The notes beneath the pieces are model-generated. The model was not told the DNA's origin, did no database searches, and saw only the letters and a list, made by a program, of their open reading frames with translations. This document shows, one piece after another, positions 58,417 through 64,000 of a stretch of 64,000 nt of DNA; positions within the stretch are counted from its first letter, which is position 1, and each line of letters opens with the position of its first letter. The translations under genes were made by a program, and so were the position numbers. The stretch comes from Denitrovibrio sp. (GTDB lineage Bacteria > Chrysiogenota > Deferribacteres > Deferribacterales > Geovibrionaceae): assembly GCA_002869145.1 (NCBI GenBank), contig PKTM01000027.1:134243-198242 (forward strand), read 5' to 3'.

Positions 58417-59898
58417 ATGAACCTCACTCAGCAGATTTACCCTTCACAGGAAGAATTTATGGAGCTGGCAGAAGAATTCGACAGGGTGACTATTTACCGG
58501 GAGATAGTGGGTGATACCTTCACTCCCATAACCCTTCTTCGAAATTTTTCTAACGAAGAGAATGTGTTTTTGCTTGAGAGTGCAAATCTGGACAAAACTT
58601 TTTCCATATATTCATTCTTCGGCAACAACCCCAAACGTGTCATCACCTTTAAAAATGGGGAAGTTATAGAGAAAAAAGGTGGAAAAACGCAGAAATTCTC
58701 TATGAATCCAATGGACTACATGAGCCAGCAGTTTTATGCAGAAAAAGGCTACAACGATGGTAAGTTTGGTGATTTTTCAGGTGGTTTTGCCGGTTACTTT
58801 TCATATGAAGCAGTTAATTACATGGATATTCTCCGAACTCCCCTTAAAGTAGATAAAAACACACGCCTTGTGGGCTTTATGGAGGTTGATGAGTTTTACG
58901 CTTTCGACAACCATCTGGGTAAATTGTTTGCCGCTGTGAGCGTTAAAACAAAAGAAGGTGAAGTTGCTTATGACAGAGCTGTAAAGCGCACTATGAAGAT
59001 GAGTTCAGAGGTTCATAGGTTCAATTTTGATAACTATGAATCAGAGTTGGATTGTGAAGTTGTCATGGATATGGAACAGGAAGAGTTCACGGAAAAAGTC
59101 GAGGCGCTCAAAGAAGAGATTACCAACGGCGAAGCCATACAGATTGTCCTTTCTAATGCATACAGACTGAAAGGGAAGGTTAATCCGCTTAGCTTATACA
59201 GGGCACTGCGTAATGTAAATCCATCACCATATATGTTTTACCTGAAATTTGGCTCAGAAGTTCTGCTTGGTGCATCACCTGAGATTCACTTGAAGATAAG
59301 AGAAGGCGTTGCCACTCTTAAGCCTATTGCAGGCACATACCCGATAACCGAAGATATAGAAGCGGCAAAATCAGCACTGCTTGCAGACCCGAAAGAACGT
59401 GCAGAGCATCTTATGCTTCTTGACCTTGCGAGAAATGACCTTTACACATGCTGCGAGCCCGAATCAGTTAAGGTTACACAGCAGTTCGAGCCTGAAGTAT
59501 ATTCTCACGTCATACACATTGTGTCTGAGGTGGTTGGTAAAATAGAGAAGGGTTACAACCCTCTTCATCTTTTTATGCGGTCTTTCCCTGCGGGCACAGT
59601 CTCAGGCGCTCCGAAAGTGCGGGCGATGGAGCTCATTGATCAGTACGAAGTATCAGAAAGAGGCTTTTATGCCGGTTGTGTAGGATATTTCGGGTATAGC
59701 GGAAACATGGATACATGTATAACAATCCGATCAGCATTTGTAACAGAAGAGGAGACAGTTCTAAGAGCGGGCGCAGGTATAGTTTATGATTCTGTACCGG
59801 AGAATGAATTCAAAGAAGTTGGCAACAAATTGGGCGCACTTTTCGCCGCTTACCGCAATGTTGCTATGACGGAGGGCAGAGATGTTTCTAATGGTTGA
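58417..59898 (+). CDS. trpE: anthranilate synthase component I
   Basis: Chorismate-binding family with the LLESA Trp-feedback motif. 493 aa. An AAGGAG RBS precedes the start. Confidence 0.9.
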   Translation: MNLTQQIYPSQEEFMELAEEFDRVTIYREIVGDTFTPITLLRNFSNEENVFLLESANLDKTFSIYSFFGNNPKRVITFKNGEVIEKKGGKTQKFSMNPMDYMSQQFYAEKGYNDGKFGDFSGGFAGYFSYEAVNYMDILRTPLKVDKNTRLVGFMEVDEFYAFDNHLGKLFAAVSVKTKEGEVAYDRAVKRTMKMSSEVHRFNFDNYESELDCEVVMDMEQEEFTEKVEALKEEITNGEAIQIVLSNAYRLKGKVNPLSLYRALRNVNPSPYMFYLKFGSEVLLGASPEIHLKIREGVATLKPIAGTYPITEDIEAAKSALLADPKERAEHLMLLDLARNDLYTCCEPESVKVTQQFEPEVYSHVIHIVSEVVGKIEKGYNPLHLFMRSFPAGTVSGAPKVRAMELIDQYEVSERGFYAGCVGYFGYSGNMDTCITIRSAFVTEEETVLRAGAGIVYDSVPENEFKEVGNKLGALFAAYRNVAMTEGRDVSNG

Positions 59899-60442
59899 TA
59901 ATTACGACTCTTTTACATATAACCTTGTGGCTTTGTTCAGGCTTAATGGCGCGAAGGTTGATGTTATCAGAAACACACAGTACAAAGACGCAAACGAGTA
60001 CAAAGGGATAATACTTTCCCCCGGACCTTCGAACCCTACAAACTCAGGCTCCACTTTGGATTATCTTGATAAATACACAGGCCGCACGCCAATATTTGGT
60101 GTATGTCTCGGTATGCAGTCCATAGGTCACTATCTGGGGTATGAAGTGCGCAAAGCGAAATCTGTTATGCATGGAAAGGCTGACCAGATAAAACTTACCC
60201 GTGACTCAAAAATATTAGAAGGTGTAACAGACGGCTTTACATCGGTTCGTTACCATTCTCTGGCTGTAACTGCACCGGAAGAGATGATAATAGCCAAAGC
60301 GGGCGCAGACGGCGAATGTATGGCTATAGAGGATGACAGCAGGCTTCTTTACGGAGTACAGTTTCACCCTGAATCCATTCTGAGTGAGTGCGGGGACATT
60401 ATGGTTAAAAACTTCATGAGAATATGTGGAGAAGACGTATGA
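59882..60442 (+). CDS. trpG: anthranilate synthase component II (glutamine amidotransferase)
   Basis: GATase class I (GVCLGMQ catalytic Cys, HPES). The start may be the Met at 59891. Confidence 0.9.
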   Translation: MFLMVDNYDSFTYNLVALFRLNGAKVDVIRNTQYKDANEYKGIILSPGPSNPTNSGSTLDYLDKYTGRTPIFGVCLGMQSIGHYLGYEVRKAKSVMHGKADQIKLTRDSKILEGVTDGFTSVRYHSLAVTAPEEMIIAKAGADGECMAIEDDSRLLYGVQFHPESILSECGDIMVKNFMRICGEDV

Positions 60443-61419
60443 GCAAAGAATTAATAAAAAGAGTTGGCTTAGGAGAGGAACTTCAGATGAATGAATCTTA
60501 TGAGCTTTTTCTCTCTATGATGAATGGCGAAATGAACGAAGCGGAGATAGCTGCTGTTCTTGTGGGGATGCGGCTTAGAGGTGAAACACCTGAAGAGATA
60601 GCTGGCGCATCAAAAGCCATGAACGATAAAAAAGTAAAATTTGTAACATCAGTAAACGCTTATGATACATGTGGTACAGGCGGCAGCGGTAAATCAACAA
60701 TGAATATATCATCCGCTGTAGCACTGCTGCTTTCAGCTCTTGGTCTGGCTGTGGTAAAGCACGGAAACAGAGCTATGAGCGGAACGGTTGGCTCTGCTGA
60801 TGTTTACGAGCTTGCAGGTGTACCTATAGATGCTGATATTGAGGTTATGCAGGAATACTATGAAAAGAATAATTTCGCATTCCTGTTTGCACCCCTTTAC
60901 CATCCGGCAATGAAACATGCAGGACCAGTGCGCAGAGCTGTTATGGTTCCAACTATATTCAACTTTCTGGGGCCGCTTGCAAATCCTGCTGAGCTGACTG
61001 GTCAGATAATTGGCATATCAAAGCGTGAGCGGCTTGCAGACATATCTTCTGCTCTGCTTATGCTTGACAGATCAGGCGTTGCTATTTATTCATCTATGGA
61101 TGGATATGATGAGGTTTCATCAAACGCCATGACAGAAGTTCACGAAGTCTCAGACGGACAAATAACTAAGTATTTCATAAACCCTGAAGACTATTTTACC
61201 CCTTTTGCTATGCCTGTAGTGAAAACGAAAGAGGAAGGTCTCGAAATGTTTATGAAAGCTATCAGCCCTGATGGCGGCGACCTGAACAAACTGATAGCTC
61301 TGAATGCAGGGCTTGCTCTAAAAGTTTTTGGCAGTGCACAGAGCTTAAAAGCAGGGTATGATAAAGCACTTGAAACCTTATTGGCAGGTAAGGTAATGGA
61401 AAAATTCAGGAGTCTCTAA
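60439..61419 (+). CDS. trpD: anthranilate phosphoribosyltransferase
   Basis: CGTGGSG PRPP-binding motif and KHGNRA. The track's upstream extension MWRRR is unlikely; MSKELIK fits TrpD. Confidence 0.9.
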   Translation: MSKELIKRVGLGEELQMNESYELFLSMMNGEMNEAEIAAVLVGMRLRGETPEEIAGASKAMNDKKVKFVTSVNAYDTCGTGGSGKSTMNISSAVALLLSALGLAVVKHGNRAMSGTVGSADVYELAGVPIDADIEVMQEYYEKNNFAFLFAPLYHPAMKHAGPVRRAVMVPTIFNFLGPLANPAELTGQIIGISKRERLADISSALLMLDRSGVAIYSSMDGYDEVSSNAMTEVHEVSDGQITKYFINPEDYFTPFAMPVVKTKEEGLEMFMKAISPDGGDLNKLIALNAGLALKVFGSAQSLKAGYDKALETLLAGKVMEKFRSL

Positions 61420-62181
61420 ATGGGCGGATCAGATGTATTAGGTAGGATTTTAGCTAACAAAAAAAGAGAGATAGAATCTCTAACAGTACCTGTGCGTGAA
61501 AGGGAAAAACCAATCCTTGATTTTCGTCAGGCTATAATAGATAGAAATTTTATATGCGAAGTGAAGAAGTCGTCTCCAACCTTAGGTGAAATAAACCCCG
61601 GAGCTGATGTGGAAGAGACAGCTGCATTATATGAGTCGCTGGGTGCGGCTTGTGTAAGTGTGCTGACAGACAGAGATTTTTTCGGCGGTAGTTTTAAAGA
61701 CTTGCGCATGGTTTCGTCAAAGGTAAATATTCCTGTTATCTGTAAGGACTTTATAATAAGCGAAAAGCAGATAGATGTTGCTTATAAAAACGGCGCAGAT
61801 GCCGTACTTCTCATGGCAACATCACTTCAAAAGGATGAATACAACAGGCTTTTCGCATATGCAAATTCGCTTGGTCTTCATGTTTTGTGTGAGATACATG
61901 AACTTTCAGAGTTGGAGGTGGTATCAGATATGCCTCCGCGGATTTTGGGAGTTAATTCCAGAAACCTGAAAAACCTTGAAATAGATATTGAAAAAGGTGC
62001 AGAGATCATAAAGTCTCTGCCTCAGTATGATGTAAAAATCGCAGAAAGCGGCATGAAAACCGAGGCGGATATACGTATAATGGCAGAAGCAGGAGCTGTG
62101 GGCTTTCTTGTTGGCTCGTCGCTGATGGGTGCAGAAAACCCTGCGGAAGTTTTCGCTTCACTTAAGGCGGGTCTGATATAA
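61420..62181 (+). CDS. trpC: indole-3-glycerol phosphate synthase
   Basis: TIM-barrel IGPS motifs (ICEVKKSSPT; NSRNL). Confidence 0.9.
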   Translation: MGGSDVLGRILANKKREIESLTVPVREREKPILDFRQAIIDRNFICEVKKSSPTLGEINPGADVEETAALYESLGAACVSVLTDRDFFGGSFKDLRMVSSKVNIPVICKDFIISEKQIDVAYKNGADAVLLMATSLQKDEYNRLFAYANSLGLHVLCEIHELSELEVVSDMPPRILGVNSRNLKNLEIDIEKGAEIIKSLPQYDVKIAESGMKTEADIRIMAEAGAVGFLVGSSLMGAENPAEVFASLKAGLI

Positions 62182-62703
62182 ATGTTTGTGAAGATCTGCG
62201 GCATCAAAACACCCGAAATGGCTAAGCTTGCTGAAGAGGCTGGTGCAGACATGATAGGTGTTGTTGCTTACGCTAAAAGCAAAAGATATGTAACCCCTGC
62301 ACAGGCAAAGAACATAAAAAATGCAGTAAATATTCCGCTGGTGGCTGTCTCAGTTAAGATATCCGACTGCAAAGAATATGAAGCTGACTATGTTCAGGCA
62401 GAAGATGCACACGGAAGCAAATGTATTTTGTCTGGTTCAGAAAAACCACAGGGTGAGTTTGCATATTTTTTGTATGATGCAAGCCGGGGTGCAGGTGTTA
62501 GAGCGGATTATCCTGAATGGGTCAGCAAACACCGTGACAAGTTAATACTGGCTGGTGGACTTAATCCTTCTAATGTGGCAGAAGTTATTAGAACTTACGA
62601 ACCATTCGGAGTTGACGTTTCAAGCGGGGTTGAGACAGATGGCGAGAAAAATATTGATAAGATAGTCGAATTTATAAATAATGCAAAACATCGAGCGAAG
62701 TGA
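62182..62703 (+). CDS. trpF: phosphoribosylanthranilate isomerase (short, 173 aa)
   Basis: MFVKICGI N-terminus and its position in the operon. Shorter than typical TrpF. Confidence 0.75.
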   Translation: MFVKICGIKTPEMAKLAEEAGADMIGVVAYAKSKRYVTPAQAKNIKNAVNIPLVAVSVKISDCKEYEADYVQAEDAHGSKCILSGSEKPQGEFAYFLYDASRGAGVRADYPEWVSKHRDKLILAGGLNPSNVAEVIRTYEPFGVDVSSGVETDGEKNIDKIVEFINNAKHRAK

Positions 62704-62710
62704 GGATAAA

Positions 62711-63871
62711 ATGGACAAAATGTTTTTCGGCAGATACGGAGGCCAGTTTGCACCGGAGACCCTTATTCCGGCACTGGACGATCTTGAGGTTCAGTTTGAA
62801 AAGCTAAAGAATGACAGTCAGTTCAACAAAGAACTTCAAAAACTTTTCACAGACTATGCGGGAAGACCGACACCTCTATATAAAGCAGAGAATCTTTCAG
62901 AAAAATACGGATGCGAGATATACCTTAAAAGGGAAGATCTGCTGCACACCGGAGCACACAAACTGAACAACACCCTTGGTCAGGGACTTATGACCAAGTA
63001 TATGGGTAAAAAACGTGTTATTGCTGAAACTGGTGCTGGTCAGCACGGTGTTGCCACTGCAACTGTTGCCGCACTTTTCGGTATGGAATGCACTGTATAT
63101 ATGGGCGCTGTGGACGTTAAAAGGCAAGAGCCAAATGTTAAACGGATGGAGCTTCTGGGTGCCGAGGTTGTTCCTGTCACAGAGGGGCAGGGGACTTTGA
63201 AAGAGGCCACTAATGCCGCATTGCGCGAGTGGGTTTCTTCTGTTGAAACAACACACTATATTATTGGCTCCATTGTTGGGCCTTACCCTTTCCCAAAGAT
63301 AGTATCTTATTTTCAGACAGTGATTGGCGAAGAGTCTAAAGCTCAGTGCGCAGAGCAGGGGTTCACTCCTGACTGTGTTGTAGCATGCGTGGGCGGCGGC
63401 AGTAACGCTATAGGTATTTTTAATGGATTTCTTGATCAGAAAGTTGAGATTTTTGGTGTAGAGGCTGGAGGCACATCAGACGATGACGGTTGCCACGCCA
63501 GAACACTTGGTAAAGGCAAACCCGGAGTGCTGCACGGTTCATACACTTATCTTGTTCAGACACCTGAGCATCAGATAGCTGATGTTCACTCCATATCAGC
63601 AGGGCTTGATTACCCTGGGATAGGCCCGGTTCACTCTATGCTTCATGATGTTTGCAGGGTAAAATACGGCTTTGTACGAGACAATGAAGCACTGAACGCT
63701 TTTAAGGAACTCTCCAGAAATGAAGGGATCATTCCTGCTTTGGAGTCGAGCCATGCTCTTGCATATGTTCTTGAAAACAAAGAAAAGTTCAAAGGAAAAA
63801 AGGTTCTTGTAAACCTCTCTGGAAGGGGAGACAAAGACATGGCTTCTATACTTGAAAGGGGGCTGATATGA
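62711..63871 (+). CDS. trpB: tryptophan synthase beta chain
   Basis: [20 protein letters not shown] (PLP Lys) and GGGSNA motifs. A GAGG RBS precedes the Met at 62711. Confidence 0.9.
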   Translation: MDKMFFGRYGGQFAPETLIPALDDLEVQFEKLKNDSQFNKELQKLFTDYAGRPTPLYKAENLSEKYGCEIYLKREDLLHTGAHKLNNTLGQGLMTKYMGKKRVIAETGAGQHGVATATVAALFGMECTVYMGAVDVKRQEPNVKRMELLGAEVVPVTEGQGTLKEATNAALREWVSSVETTHYIIGSIVGPYPFPKIVSYFQTVIGEESKAQCAEQGFTPDCVVACVGGGSNAIGIFNGFLDQKVEIFGVEAGGTSDDDGCHARTLGKGKPGVLHGSYTYLVQTPEHQIADVHSISAGLDYPGIGPVHSMLHDVCRVKYGFVRDNEALNAFKELSRNEGIIPALESSHALAYVLENKEKFKGKKVLVNLSGRGDKDMASILERGLI

Positions 63872-64000
63872 AAGGTTTTTATATAGTAGGCGGCTACCCT
63901 GACAGACAAAAATTCAGGGAGTGCCTTTTTGCTGTGGCAGAGAAAGGATTCGAATTCGTAGAGATAGGTATACCTTTCAGTGAACCTGTTGCTGATGGCC
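63868..64000 (+). CDS. trpA: tryptophan synthase alpha chain, N-terminal fragment (continues beyond window)
   Basis: [16 protein letters not shown]...[13 protein letters not shown] matches the TrpA N-terminus (EIGIPFSDPVADG). Overlaps the trpB stop. Confidence 0.8.
   Translation, partial: MKGFYIVGGYPDRQKFRECLFAVAEKGFEFVEIGIPFSEPVADG

Overview
The window is AT-rich bacterial chromosome (about 40% GC by eye), densely coded on both strands and mostly core metabolism and housekeeping. I cannot assign a taxon from sequence alone. Left to right: a partial pyruvate:ferredoxin oxidoreductase gene; an Mla/Pqi-like lipid-transport operon whose ABC ATPase is a degenerate 142-aa fragment with no Walker A; glnB-glnA behind a textbook sigma-54 promoter; assorted housekeeping genes (rsgA, tpx, mtaP-apt, carA, mltG, ppx/gppA, long-form gap, yicC-gmk-rpoZ-coaBC, family-4 udg, pfkA, PduO-type adenosyltransferase, mutS2, zapE, suhB); several second-messenger signalling genes (a REC-PAS-GGDEF regulator, an HD-GYP protein, a CHASE2 adenylate cyclase, a binding-protein-fused histidine kinase); and a complete trpEGDCFBA operon (trpA partial) preceded by a leader peptide with three consecutive Trp codons and two intrinsic terminators. 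The accessory or unusual content is: (1) a tRNA-Leu(CAA)-adjacent islet holding a truncated IS30-family transposase and two convergent genes of unknown function (a TM plus zinc-ribbon protein and a 268-aa protein); (2) a standalone CarH-type AdoCbl-binding domain protein (Wx9EH and ExHxxG motifs) with a small partner gene; (3) a CsgG-family lipoprotein with a C-terminal extension, followed by two secreted proteins, one with an LPP20/FlgP-like fold, which looks like an undescribed outer-membrane secretion or assembly module; (4) a tandem NosL/YHS-domain lipoprotein in a five-gene operon with an FtsX/LolD-type ABC transporter; (5) an HD phosphohydrolase overlapping an RlmN/Cfr-family radical-SAM methylase that lacks the roughly 100-aa N-terminal domain; (6) a 113-bp tandem repeat downstream of gap whose hairpin core recurs in reverse orientation after glnA (a REP-like element); (7) an orphan GH24 lysozyme with Cys at the T4L Asp20 position. 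No CRISPR array, rRNA or clear prophage was seen.
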